DNA from: Amoebidium appalachense
Taxonomy: Eukaryota > Protista > Ichthyosporea
DNA: 64,000 bases
Assembly: GCA_963693365.1 (NCBI GenBank)
Contig: CAVNZM010000005.1
Location: 11,431,728 to 11,495,727 of the forward strand
Direction: 5' to 3'
Shown piece by piece: positions 1 through 39,774 of this stretch (positions are counted from its first letter, which is position 1; the number at the start of each line of letters is the position of its first letter). The notes beneath the pieces were generated by a model that saw nothing but the letters and a program-made list of their open reading frames with translations, did no database searches and was not told the origin of the DNA. The position numbers were made by a program, and so were the translations under genes.

Positions 1-1646
1 GTGACTGTGTGTGCTGTTGACCGTGGGATCTATGCCTTTTTTGCATTGGAGTGTTACTTGTGTGCGTATGCCATTGCACCGCGCGTGTACACGTGTGTGC
101 GTGCAGGCGTGTGTATCATGTTGCACTTGTTTGTCAGTAAGAATCGTCCCCCCCCCCCCCCCCCCCGCCCTCCTCTCCTCTCTTCCCACATGTGCACACA
201 CGCAATTATCTGACTCCGGATCTTTATTAAAAGGGGCCACCTTCGTCAGGTTTGCACAGCAGGTCCAGGTCCCTGCCGAGTCGTCTGTCCCGGTACTATT
301 GGTGTCGCCTTTGTCGAGCTGCCCCCCTTCTCCTCCCCCCCCCCCCCCCCCCCTTCTCGAGCCCCCCCCTCCCCCCCCCCCCCCCCCCGCCCCCGGGGGG
401 CCCCTTCTCCTCCAATTCAGATGCAAAGTTCTTGCTAGATTGCTTTCTAGATGTGCCGTGTTCTTCATTCCGACACTGTTACTTCAGGCCGGGGGGGACG
501 GCCCAATTGAGAAGCAGCTGCAGCTTCTTCCGTTAAAAACCATTAAAACCTTAGAAAATGTGCTCAGCCTGTGGCATGCACAGACAGGGTCTTTTTATAT
601 TACATATCAGACAGCAGCTGCTTGCCCTGTTTGGAAGAGTAGATCTCTTCTTGTAAGCATGAAAAACCAAAGACATCGGATTCCGATTCGTGGAGACCTA
701 CCGTGTTATTATTTTTTTTTTGGTTTTCTTTTTTTTTTTTTTGCTGGAGAGGGGGCAGTAAGGATTATGCATGTGCTTGATTCAGAACCAACGTGACGTG
801 TAAGGACCTCCAGAATCAAGTGGATAATCCCGACAACAAAACCACTGAGCTGCGCATGCCATCGGGACTGGGTTCAAAGTGCTTCAAGGGTTAATATTAT
901 TGCTGCTGCCGCAGCTGTTGTGTTTTTACTGACTTTCGTATGATACTGAATTGTTTTCCCCCGGCCAAAAATGTATGCACACCCGGTTACGAGCAACACA
1001 ATCACATGGTGAATGCAGTAGGTCACTGGTTGGGAGTGTACATTGTCAACTTAAATAGAAATTATTACTCGTGCAGAATTACTGAAGAAATTCACAGTAA
1101 ATGTACACAACATACTTAGTTTCCCTGTACGTATACCTATACATCAAAATGCCTTACATAACGTACCGATTTGAAACTGCACAGGACACGTGACTAAACG
1201 TCAAAGTGAACTCTTCCGGTATAAAAACCGGTTTATGCACGTGAAAGTCGTCCTATGTGTAAGGTGAAAAGTGTATGACGTGCTTTACCGCAACCCCCTC
1301 TCCCCCTGCCTGTTTCATATGTGGACCTTTCCCCAAGCTCCTCACACCACCTGTTACCACCATCATCTACTATGTGCAGCATGTATTTACATGTATGTGT
1401 CACTACGTGCATGAGACCCCATTCAAAACCACCATCCCACCCACCAATCAGGGAAGTCGGGCTTAAGGGCCGTATGGATTTCAATTAATGGCTGATTTTG
1501 TCCATTATAAGATGTTTATTCTAACTAAAACATTATCCGCCCTATCATATTCCCGTTACAAAACCTGTACGCATCAAACCCATGTTAAAGAGCACCGTGC
1601 TCAACAGCAGAACTCCATGCTCCACACGGCCGGGTCACAACCGCCC

Positions 1647-12796
<11,150 letters not shown>

Positions 12797-13536
12797 TTTT
12801 GTATCTTTACACTACACCACGCAAAGGGGGGGAATTCCTAGTGTGTGCAGCGAAAAAAGTGGGCTACTTGTGTGCCAAGTTTGAGTGTGTGTGTGTGTGC
12901 GTGTGCGTGTGTGTAGATGTGGGTATGGTTATATGGGGGGTGAAATATGCGGGCGCCCCTACAACTTCATAACTAGTGGGTGTAACATACAAGACTACAC
13001 AACAACCCTAGTAGGCACCACCGTGAAGTGAAAAGGCTTGCCTTTTGTTGTGGTTGGCAGTACGGGGGTATACGTACCTCCGAGGCGCCGCTAGGGCTCG
13101 CGCGATTGGTTGTTGTCTTCATACTCTACATTCTTAATTTAGTACGTTTTGATTCGTGAACCTCTCACGAGCTAGGCCTGGATTTTCAGTAAAGAACTGA
13201 TCAACAAACATTATTGGTTTAATATCACGATACTGCAAACCATAAATTTAAGTCACCAATCAAATATTGGTAGGTTTCCCTGTTGCCGCTAGATTAGCCA
13301 ATCATAAGATCGCAGAGAGGTGGGCGGCCAAACGCTTTGTCAACGTTGCCCACTACGTTCACGTTCAGAACGTTCAGATCTAGAACCGGCCTGAAGCTAT
13401 ATGTGTATTGGGTATTCTTGCACGGTTTTGAATGCATCATCCCTTATTTATTCATCAATATAGTGGGGCTACAAACATACACGAATACACGTTCTACTAA
13501 GTTACACGTACCACTCTCAGTGTGACTGGGGCCATA

Positions 13537-13593
13537 TCAGTCGCACACATCGATTCAGTCGCACACATCGATTCAGTCGCACACATCGATTCA
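13537..13593 (+). repeat. Three tandem 18-bp copies (TCAGTCGCACACATCGAT) at the probable LINE 5' end
   Basis: Exact period-18 repeat about 105 bp upstream of the ORF1 ATG. Confidence 0.9.
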
Positions 13594-13698
13594 AATGTCG
13601 CTCTTTATTATCTGCTAATAAATAGTATCCTTCGCGCATCCACCCCTAAACCAGGCCATCCGTGGCCCTAAGGGCCGGGGAACACCCCCATCCATGTC

Positions 13699-14883
13699 AT
13701 GGCACATGCCTATAATCGTTTCAGAACCTCTTTCAAAGTTCCATCTACACCCATCACACATGTGCCACCATTAAAACGTCCAGCAGATACACCTACCACA
13801 GATGCACAACCAGAAAAACATCGCCTTAGACTAAGCGCAACACCTATTTACAATACACTACCCATTCAGAATAACACCACACCACTCCGTAGAAACACAA
13901 TAACAACCATGCCGAAACTTTCGGTTGATACAGTACTGGCAGAACTTGCCCTCGTTAAGAAACAGCTAAATGAGCTGTTACCACTCAAGAACATGATAGA
14001 AAAACTCCAAACAGAAAATACCCAACTCAAGCTCACCATTGATTCACTCACAGCCCAGCTAAACATTAGTGGATCGCAAAACCCCAAAACTCATGAGCAA
14101 ACATCTCGCGACGGAGACATTTCCACCCCAACACAAAACAACACAGGACCGGAAGCACAGCTCCCGGCAGAGTTCCTAGAATATGCGAACTCTCGTAAAA
14201 CACCCGAGCTCCGCCAAATTGCCAAGGAAACATATGCCAGCATTCTTGCAGGCAACGAGTACCGCCGCAACTCCCCTCCCAAACCGCCGGCTAAGGGGAA
14301 CACCCAAGCAAACGGTAACATCAACATCCCACCCAAATACGAGAGGGTGTATTTCAAAGTCAAGCACGGCAGACGCCCACACAGGGCCATGTGGTCCATC
14401 TTCAAGGCTCTCGGCTTCCGGTGCTCTCGCATCCTTTGTCTGTCCTTCATTGGATACGATGTGCTGGAAGTAGCAGTACGGGGCGACTATAACCGTGCGT
14501 TCATCCGTGACGCGACAAAGGGGTGTGGAAGCTTCTTCACCCACCTCCCAAGCTACGACCCATGCGCGCCGGAAAACATTCAGAAAGCAGACAAAGAACG
14601 TAAAGTGTCTGCTAAGAATGCGTGCGCCACACGTTGTCGTGTACGCATCAGCAAGGCAAAAGAGTTCCTCGCAAAGTTGGAAAACGATGCTACGAGCGTG
14701 ATAGACACGGACACGAAGGAACCAATGTTTTCTGGTGAGAAACTGCTCGAGCGCAAACGCCGATGCGAGATGGAAATCGAGCTCTTCTGCGAACTGTTCG
14801 CGCTGGCGGAAGGTCGTGCATACGACCCCGTAAGCGACAAGTGGGAACCAACCCCACAGGTGTCGGACCAAACCGATGCCTAA
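13699..14883 (+). CDS. LINE ORF1 protein (coiled coil + putative RRM-like domain), 394 aa
   Basis: Heptad segment LAELALVKKQLNELLPLKNMIEKLQTENTQLKLTIDSL, a TYASIL motif, and YERVYF...ALGFRCSRILCLSFIGYDVLEV...YDP. Lies immediately upstream of the APE-RT ORF. Confidence 0.8.
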   Translation: MAHAYNRFRTSFKVPSTPITHVPPLKRPADTPTTDAQPEKHRLRLSATPIYNTLPIQNNTTPLRRNTITTMPKLSVDTVLAELALVKKQLNELLPLKNMIEKLQTENTQLKLTIDSLTAQLNISGSQNPKTHEQTSRDGDISTPTQNNTGPEAQLPAEFLEYANSRKTPELRQIAKETYASILAGNEYRRNSPPKPPAKGNTQANGNINIPPKYERVYFKVKHGRRPHRAMWSIFKALGFRCSRILCLSFIGYDVLEVAVRGDYNRAFIRDATKGCGSFFTHLPSYDPCAPENIQKADKERKVSAKNACATRCRVRISKAKEFLAKLENDATSVIDTDTKEPMFSGEKLLERKRRCEMEIELFCELFALAEGRAYDPVSDKWEPTPQVSDQTDA

Positions 14884-17800
14884 TTTATCCTTCTTCTTCT
14901 GGAATGCTCGGACACTGGGCCCCCAAAAGGGCCTCCCCCCCGGGACACTCGACGATAAAATCAGCTACATACAACAACAGACAAACAACCACACGTTTAC
15001 AGTGATTTGCGAAACACAGTTTAAAAACCACCACAAATTCAACTCTACATTGGTCGACACATCCACACACCCCGGTTACGCGAAAAACCGAGGCATTATT
15101 GTACTTGCCGCACCACACGTGAGAGTGAAGTGCAAACCGGTAGCAAAAACGGAATTCTCGGTTTCTATAGAGTTTCTTTCTAATGTTTTTACTTTTGTAT
15201 ATTACCCACCATCTATGTCGGTTGTCGAATTGACTCACGAGTTGTCACAGTTACCAATGTCCACTGTTATTTTAGGTGATTTTAACACGCGACTCCACCA
15301 CACAGACACACTGCAAGTGAGTGTCGGGTACCCATCTAAGCCCCCGGAGCGTGCTATCCCTTTAGCAAGGTATGTCCAAAGTCACACTTTGCGGTTCCCT
15401 CAAATATCCCATGCCCACAACACCGACTGGGGAGTGGCCTTTTGGCCATCAACCATGTCAAAACTCTCTCTCCCTCCTAACCTCTCTAGGTCATCTGACC
15501 ACTCTCCTATCCTTTTCCTACCTAAGATCTCCCTTGATCTGCTCCCCCCTCCCCCTCCCACCTTTCGCCTCCGTCTATCCCAGCTTAAGTCACAGTGGGG
15601 TAGAGTTGATGTATGTGTATGCTATGCTACGAAACACCCTATATATATGCGCCTATTAGAATCTGCACAAGCCAGGCCAGATTCACATCTCGTACTAGAT
15701 ACATGCACTAACTTTATTGTTGATGATTTGATAGATCTCGGTGATTATGCTGGCGGTGGTAGGAAGGAATATCCCGATGCTCTCTTGTTACCAAACACCA
15801 CTCCCGCTAGACTAGGTGAACCCCTGTCTCAAAAGGAAAGCTTGCGCCGGCTTGCTAGTATGAATCGATTTGGCCCCCCTGCTCGTATTATTGGTGATAC
15901 CACTGGAGACCCCCTCATAGACTCTGATAAGTATTTCTCGGAACTGTTTAAAGATAGGACCCCCGCTCAGAAACCTATTGTGTGGCCTGTAGACCCATCT
16001 ATCCCCATAGAATCGATCCTCCCCTTTTTCAGTCCCGATGCCATATGGTCTGTGATATCTAGTTATAGCTCTAGTAAGTCTTGTGGACCTGATGGACTCC
16101 CTGCTGGGTTTCTTAAAATCCTTGTTCCCTCCTACCCACAAAAGGAAAGTGATCGTGCTATTAAACCTGATCTTACTATCATGTTAAGCTCTCTCTTTTC
16201 TTGGTGTGTTAAATGTGGACATGTCCCGTCATCTTGGTTAGATACCTTAGTGATCCCCATAGTTAAGAAGGACTCTGAGGGCCCCATATCATCCTTTCGC
16301 CCCATTACACTAACCCAGGTTGTTCGTAGATTCTTTGAAGCTTGCTTACTTAGGTTATTTGCACATCACCCTAGGTTTCAATCTATTCTTCACATACACC
16401 CATGCCAATCCGCTTTTCGTAAAAACAATTCATGTTATGTTCAAATAATGGCACTGCACGATTCTATGCAAGTTGGTGCACAATATGTTGGCTTTATTGA
16501 TTGGAAAACTGCTTACGATTCTGTCTCCCCTGGTCTCCTATGGGAAAAGCTTGCTGCACGGGGTGTACCACACTGCATTGGTGTTCTGTTAGAAGCACTC
16601 TTGTCTCAAACCTATGGTAGAGCTGTGGTTAATGGGCATCTTTCATATGGTTTTGCTCGTACTAGAGGTCTCTTGCAGGGTTCATTGCTTAGCCCCTTTT
16701 TGTTTAACCTATTTATAGATGATTTGGCTGTCAAGATTTACGCCGAAAACGATGACCCTATTAATAACTTTCCGCCTGCACTTCTCTATGCTGATGATCT
16801 GTCCCTCCTTGCCCGTACCCCTAGACGCCTGCAAAGATTGTTCGATGTAGTGTCAGAGTGGTGCAAGGCAAACCTTATGATCCTTAACATAGACAAATGT
16901 GGTGTTCTTGTACCTGATATAGCTAACAATTTACACACATTTACATTATCATCTAAACCTGTACCTATAGTTCCAGAATACAAATATCTTGGTGTTCCGG
17001 TTGATTCTGTTGGTGTTATGTTTCCCCATATGGTCGAAAAGAGGGTAGAGTTGGCTCGTAAGCGGTTAGCTTTCTTCTCGGCTAATATTTTTAAAGACAC
17101 ACCCCTCCATCCTTCTATTAGACTTACATTTATTCGCACTTTTGTCTTCCCGGCATGTGAATATGGTTTACCCCTTCTCGCCGCTTGGATCAAGAAAGAG
17201 AGAACTAGAGCGCTTAAACCCTTGGCAAATTTCCTTGAAGCAGAAGTTGCCTCCTTTCTATCTAACAACTGTTGTAAACCTGGGCCTGTAACGCTCTCGA
17301 TATATGGTCTGGTCCCAATAGCTGCTAGAGTATCCTATCTCGCGCTGAAATTCAATAAGCACATAAGCCGCTTAAAGAAGTATTTGCCCTCCCACCCTCT
17401 CTTCTCTATCCGACCTGTCCCCTCCTCACCTCTCCCCTCTTTCCTCCCCTCTCTCTCCCCTTCTCCCCTGGGCACAAATACAAATAAACCCCGCAATAGT
17501 GTGTGTGTGACTTTGGACTGCCACTTACTTATTAAACATGTACACAATCACAAGATAATCACGCAATATAACAAATGGAAAAAGATACCACACGACACTA
17601 GACCCGATGAAAGCATACACCTTGAAAAACTAAGCCTTATGTCTCGTTTTATATATACTGACCGCCTCAACCATATTGCCAAATATGGCACTCGCAAGTG
17701 TATAACACCTAAATACATATTACCTTCCTGTAGAACTGGTCTTTCTCTAGCTGATGGTATTATTGATCAATTACCACGCTTTTACTGTACACGTGCTATA

Positions 17801-18070
17801 CAGTGGAGATCTAATAAGTATAAGGTGGCATCATTTGCATGCCCAAACAACACACACACACACCAGTTTAACCGGTCATGTATCGCCAAATGTAGTTTGA
17901 TAGACCACATAATACCGCAACACACACACGTCACATTCACAACAGACACCCAGAAAGATAGCCTACCTGTAAATTACAACATCCTTGATTTTATACTAAA
18001 CACGCGTAACTACGACCTGTTTATTAGATGTATTGATTGGCTTGAGAAACACATCACTACAAAATTATAG
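14876..18070 (+). CDS. LINE ORF2: AP endonuclease + reverse transcriptase, 1064 aa
   Basis: APE motifs WNARTL, ICETQ, YYPP, LGDFN, SDHSPI. RT motifs GPDG, FRPITL, QSAF, FIDWKTAYDSV, GLLQGSLLSPFLFN, YADD, YKYLG. C-terminal Cys/His cluster. Confidence 0.97.
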   Translation: MPNLSFFFWNARTLGPQKGLPPGTLDDKISYIQQQTNNHTFTVICETQFKNHHKFNSTLVDTSTHPGYAKNRGIIVLAAPHVRVKCKPVAKTEFSVSIEFLSNVFTFVYYPPSMSVVELTHELSQLPMSTVILGDFNTRLHHTDTLQVSVGYPSKPPERAIPLARYVQSHTLRFPQISHAHNTDWGVAFWPSTMSKLSLPPNLSRSSDHSPILFLPKISLDLLPPPPPTFRLRLSQLKSQWGRVDVCVCYATKHPIYMRLLESAQARPDSHLVLDTCTNFIVDDLIDLGDYAGGGRKEYPDALLLPNTTPARLGEPLSQKESLRRLASMNRFGPPARIIGDTTGDPLIDSDKYFSELFKDRTPAQKPIVWPVDPSIPIESILPFFSPDAIWSVISSYSSSKSCGPDGLPAGFLKILVPSYPQKESDRAIKPDLTIMLSSLFSWCVKCGHVPSSWLDTLVIPIVKKDSEGPISSFRPITLTQVVRRFFEACLLRLFAHHPRFQSILHIHPCQSAFRKNNSCYVQIMALHDSMQVGAQYVGFIDWKTAYDSVSPGLLWEKLAARGVPHCIGVLLEALLSQTYGRAVVNGHLSYGFARTRGLLQGSLLSPFLFNLFIDDLAVKIYAENDDPINNFPPALLYADDLSLLARTPRRLQRLFDVVSEWCKANLMILNIDKCGVLVPDIANNLHTFTLSSKPVPIVPEYKYLGVPVDSVGVMFPHMVEKRVELARKRLAFFSANIFKDTPLHPSIRLTFIRTFVFPACEYGLPLLAAWIKKERTRALKPLANFLEAEVASFLSNNCCKPGPVTLSIYGLVPIAARVSYLALKFNKHISRLKKYLPSHPLFSIRPVPSSPLPSFLPSLSPSPLGTNTNKPRNSVCVTLDCHLLIKHVHNHKIITQYNKWKKIPHDTRPDESIHLEKLSLMSRFIYTDRLNHIAKYGTRKCITPKYILPSCRTGLSLADGIIDQLPRFYCTRAIQWRSNKYKVASFACPNNTHTHQFNRSCIAKCSLIDHIIPQHTHVTFTTDTQKDSLPVNYNILDFILNTRNYDLFIRCIDWLEKHITTKL

Positions 18071-18090
18071 CGCACGCGCACACACACACA

Positions 18091-18141
<51 letters not shown>

Positions 18142-18173
18142 CCAGCTGATACCGAGTGTCCCGAGGGGAGCCC

Positions 18174-18208
<35 letters not shown>

Positions 18209-19742
18209 GAACCCCAACTAATTGATTTCTCCTTGTAGTCTTTATGGTGTCTCGTAGAGAAAGTAAACCCTGATATATAGTCACCACCCGACATCTATGT
18301 ACGTGATCATGATATACCGCTGAGGGGATATTCCGAGCAAAACCCCCCCCCCCATACCTGAGACTGGTTCTCTTTGCCTCGAGTAAACAGCGTAAACCCC
18401 CATATGTATGTTTCACCGTTCAAACGGTATTCCCACTATGCACGTGACACTCTCGATGACGCGAGGCTGAGACGGTCCATCAGCTCAGCCTCCTGATGGT
18501 GCGTTCATTCGCCCCTTTTTCGCGTACCCATACGAAACACGTGCCCTTGTACATGCATATGTGTGCCTGCACATGTGCGTACACAGACACGGTAAAATAA
18601 TAGCCTTCTCGAACACAGTGACCACGTCAAGGCCACGGTTCAATGACCGCCCTCGCCTCCCCCCCTCCCCTCCCCTCCCCCAAACCACCCCCCTCTCCCC
18701 CCCGTCCCCCCCCCCCCCCCTCCCCTCTCCCCCCCTTTCCCCCCCCCCCCCCTCCCCCCCCCCTCCCTCCCTCCCCTCCCTCCCCCCTCCCCTCCCCCCC
18801 CCCCTCCCCCTCCCTGCCGCCCACGCGCACACCGTGGCGCACATTATGATACACACATACGCACACCTTACATGCATAATAATAATACACACACGCCCCC
18901 TGCAGTACAGTACACCCTATACGTATACATTACACCCACCTACCCGCCCAATATTTAAACCACAGTGACTGCCGTGCACACGACGGCGATGGCCTCTGGC
19001 GATACCGACGTTCGGTGTACACGTGTCCGAGCCCATCACCGTGGATCACGGTAGTACCGTCACAATCATGCCATGTGATTGTTGCGGCCGTACACGTGAC
19101 ACTGTCGTACTCGGGCCCCCCTCCCCCCCGCCTGCCCCCCGCCCCCCTCGCCCCCCCCCCCCCCTCCCCCCCCCCCCCCCCCCCCCCCTCCCTTCTCCCC
19201 CCCCCCTCCCAGTCCCCCCACCCCTTCCTATTACACACTGACGTACACACGCACATACACACACACAGCTAGTCACACGTGATGGACTGGCCCGACCCAC
19301 CCAGTATTGAAACACCACCACCTGGTCACCGTCACGGTGGTACCGGTGGCCACAAACTGAAGAATCAGAGCCATAACATGAACAGTGACCGACTGTCTTC
19401 ACCAATCGAAGCAAAAAAACTCGAGTGCACCCATTAATACTTATGATAAGAGCATTATAATGTAATCATAAGTTCGTACTTTCGAATGCTTGTTTTTAGA
19501 TAGTCTAAGAAAAGCACGAGTCTCGATTGCTCCTTTAGGCTTGTAACCGGTTAGGCGTACTTGTGAACTTGTGAGTGTGTGGCAAGGAGCTCGAGTCGAG
19601 AGGATCGGGGGAAGGGGGAGGAGGAGGGGGTTTGGGGGGGGGGGGGGGGGGGGGGGGTAAGAAGAGGAAGAGAAAGGGGTGAGGGATATTCTTTCTTTCT
19701 TTCGTTCTTTCTGTTTTTTTTTCTTTTCTTTTTTTTTTTTTT

Positions 19743-19793
<51 letters not shown>

Positions 19794-19873
19794 AGGCGTA
19801 CCAAGCTGATCAGGAAACTATTGATGGCAGCAGCCACTGGTATGGTGCCTGTGTGGTTTGTGTGTGTGTGGGT

Positions 19874-19908
<35 letters not shown>

Positions 19909-20355
19909 TGGGGGGGTTCGGAGGGGGGGGGGGGGGGGGGGGGGGTAGTAGCAGCTGCAATATACAGTAGCTATATAACGATAATAATTTTAGAGTGATC
20001 TTCCCGGTCACGTGCACAGTGGCGGGTAGGTGGTGGTGGTGGTGGTGGTGAGGGGATGGGGGGGACCCGTTGCCGCTCTGCTGACTGGGGAAGAGAGGTA
20101 GGGAGGGGGGACCCACCACCCACCCACGCAGGTACCCCCCTCTGCCCCCCCCCCCCCCCCCCCCCCCTTCTCCCCCCCTCCTCCCCTTTCCCTCCCCCTC
20201 CTAGGCCATCTCTCACCCCCCCTGTCGCGGTGTCTCCCAAGCCTTGATGACCTAGCTATACGGATCTGTGAGACTTAAACTTGCTGCTCACTCACTCTAC
20301 AGTACTCTCTTCCTGCGCCCACTTCAAATACCCCCCCCCCCCCCCCCTCCCCCCC

Positions 20356-20397
<42 letters not shown>

Positions 20398-20756
20398 CCC
20401 CCCCCGGCTGGGCCTCCCCCCCCCCCCCCTTCCCCCCCCCTTCCCCCCCCTCCCCCCCCTCCCCCCTCCCCTCCCCCCCCCCCCCCCCCCCCCCGGCGGC
20501 AGGGCCTCTTACTGCCCTGACTTTATACTTCCCGCACAACCTTCAATCAACCACTTTTTAGGAGGTGTAATAGCAGGGCTTAGTGCCATTTACAACATAC
20601 ACACACTAATTGTTCTTTAAAAAAAGTGTTTTGCCAAAGGCATGAAAAGGATACACCGCAGTCCTACATCATCGGAATCTGTGATCCCTGAACCACGTTG
20701 GCATCAGCAATAGCACGGTGGTACATTAATAATGCACACACAAACACACACACCGT

Positions 20757-20846
<90 letters not shown>

Positions 20847-20884
20847 GACTTAAGCACACGCGCACACGGGCGCGCGCGCGCGCG

Positions 20885-20958
<74 letters not shown>

Positions 20959-21216
20959 ACACACAAATGTGTACACAGACAACATACACGCACAAAAAAT
21001 TGGTGCACGTTGCATGGCTCAACAACGTGCCACGGTGGCACAAACACGTTAATTGCACACACACACACACGTCGTGGAAGACACGTACAGGTGTGTACCA
21101 GGGCTAAGACATACAGGCAACATGAAATTTCAAGGCTGTCTTGTTTTTGAAACGGACAGAGGGGGTACTAATAACGATGTGATTTTTGTTTTTTTTTCCT
21201 ATCTTTTTTTTTTTTT

Positions 21217-21247
<31 letters not shown>

Positions 21248-22001
21248 GGGGGGGAAGGGGGGGGGAGGGGGTGGAGTGGGGAGGGGGTGTGTGGGCCCGG
21301 CGAAGCCGGCTGGGGGGTGGCTTCGAGGCCACAGATTTTATCCCCGCCGGGCCGGGGGGGGGGGGGGGGGGGGGAGGGGGGGGGACAGGCCGGACCCACC
21401 ACCCCTCCGCTGGCTGGGGGAGGGGATTGGGCACCAAAAATAGTCTGTATACCGAACATCATCTTGAAATTACATGATGGTGTGGGCAAGCTCTCCATAT
21501 TCACCAATCTAAATTACCAAGGGTCCGACCGAGTGGTCTTTCTACTAGTCTAGCTACGCATATCCCCCCCCCCCCCCCCCCCCCCGGCCCCGCCCCTCCC
21601 TCAGAACTCCCCTCCTCCCCTCCCCCCCCCCCCCCCCCCCCCCCTCCCCCCCGCCACCACCACGCCCAAACCACCGGCCCTTTGGACCTCATACCAAGAT
21701 CAAAATTACCTTTTGCTCGCTGAGTCAGAAGGCAAGCACACGGCGAGCACGCACACACACACACACAAAACACGTACCACACACTATAATTAGGTAGCCA
21801 GGGGAATTATTACAGAACCGTAACTCTGCGTACACACACGCACACAAGCACACACACCATAGCGCACACGGGCACGCTGACGGACGCAGGTAAATATGCT
21901 GAAGTCTGGAAGCGTGGTGGCACATAACAATATGCCCGCACACACGTTGCACACTTTCACGATCCCTTTTTTTCTCACACATACTCCTCGTACGTCCCCC
22001 T

Positions 22002-22042
<41 letters not shown>

Positions 22043-22224
22043 CCGCTGGGGCCCCCAGGCCCTATTAGATCTCTGGTGCAAACAATGTGTCATAGTGCAT
22101 GTGTGCATCTGATCCAACAACAGAAACACACACACAAACATCAATACACACACACGTCAGGAGGGCACTGCATGTCTGTGTCACCGTATATTTATGAAGA
22201 CTCCCAATCACCGGCACACACTCA

Positions 22225-22231
22225 AACACAC

Positions 22232-22279
<48 letters not shown>

Positions 22280-22325
22280 TCACATACACGTGCGCGCGCG
22301 CGCACGAACGCAACGCACGCACACA

Positions 22326-22369
<44 letters not shown>

Positions 22370-22417
22370 TAAATTTACACATACACACGCACGCACGCAC
22401 ACACACACACATAAATT

Positions 22418-22463
<46 letters not shown>

Positions 22464-22509
22464 TCACATACACGTGCGCGCGCGCGCACGAACGCAACGC
22501 ACGCACACA

Positions 22510-22565
<56 letters not shown>

Positions 22566-22613
22566 TAAATTTACACATACACACGCACGCACGCACACAC
22601 ACACACATAAATT

Positions 22614-22650
<37 letters not shown>
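22225..22650. repeat. Tandem duplication of a compound (CA)n/(CACG)n microsatellite block
   Basis: GTGTCACATACACGTGCGCGCGCGCGCACGAACGCAACG occurs at ~22277 and ~22461, each followed by ATAAATTTACACATACAC units. Confidence 0.8.
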
Positions 22651-22654
<4 letters not shown>

Positions 22655-22905
22655 TGTGACACACACACACACGTTCTTATTCCTCCATAACCACACAGCA
22701 GGATGTCCACACACACACAATTAATATAGCCTTTAGCTATCCGCGAGGTACGTAGCACGGTCCTGGCGGCATGTGGCATTATACACACACATTGCCAAAC
22801 ACGCACATAATGTAAAGGGGAGGGAGCGGCACATATCATATGTGTGCAGGGCGGAGCCACGGCCGGGCCGCGGGGAGCTGGAAGGGCCCGGGAGGGAAGG
22901 GGCCT

Positions 22906-22943
<38 letters not shown>

Positions 22944-23669
22944 GGGGGAGGGGGGGAGGAATGGTATTTCGATCTACCTCTGTGGTTGTACGGGGGAGGG
23001 GCCAAGGGGTGAGGGTGGGGGTGGGGGGGTGGGTGGGGGGGCAGGAGGGCCCGGGAGCCTCGAAGATCACGAGAGGGGATTTCAGTCGTTTCTATTGTTG
23101 CGTCTTCTAGTCGAATGGTAAACTCATAAGATCCGAAGAGAACGAGATATTTTTCCATTTAATGTCATTTGATAAAATTAATATCCAGGTACATACATTT
23201 TCATTTTGTGGAATCAACAGTTATTCCGTCGCCAAGAATTGGACAGCGTACACACCATCATGTCTCCGACATGATTACAGATTATAATCTGTTTACATAT
23301 ACCTTTCAGCCAATTAAATGACCTCGTTAATCCAGCTTACTGGGCATCAAATACATAACGTTACACCCTCAGGCATCAACATGCAAAAATCCAAACAAAT
23401 CGGGTGTGTTTCTCGCGTCCTACTATATAACACGATGTATATATTCATTTGTATTGTGTTCTCCTCCATCTTTCTTCGCCATGCCACACACTGCAGTAAC
23501 CTATGCTAGGCAGGGTAGTATACCATTGACACACACCATATTGCACATGACCACGTTATGTAGTAATGGGTGCAGTGACAGGCGAGCACTTGTTAGTCCG
23601 AAAATGGAAAGAGGGGAAAAGTGTGAAAACGCACACTGCTCTAAAGGCAGAAATGTGCATGTGCATGTG

Positions 23670-23711
<42 letters not shown>

Positions 23712-23776
23712 TCTTTAAGATTTTTTTGTTGTTGTTGCAAGCAAAGAAAGAATAGAAAACTAAAAAAAATCCAACC

Positions 23777-39774
<15,998 letters not shown>

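Larger units (their letters stand above)
13537..18203 (+). mobile_element. Full-length non-LTR (LINE, APE-type) retrotransposon
   Basis: Two intronless overlapping ORFs, then a (CA)n tract and an A-run at about 18178-18203. The 5' boundary is inferred, and no target-site duplication was identified. Confidence 0.9.

Noticed and set aside
11-900. 261-aa Pro-rich ORF and possible minus-strand exons
   Set aside because: Driven by poly-C runs; no recognisable motif or consistent splice chain could be built.
13640-13698. HDV-like ribozyme at the LINE 5' end
   Set aside because: Hairpins are present, but no P1/P2 pseudoknot pairing could be built.
18485-23160. Numerous Gly/Pro- or CV/HT-rich ORFs
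   Set aside because: They are homopolymer and microsatellite translations with no coding signal.
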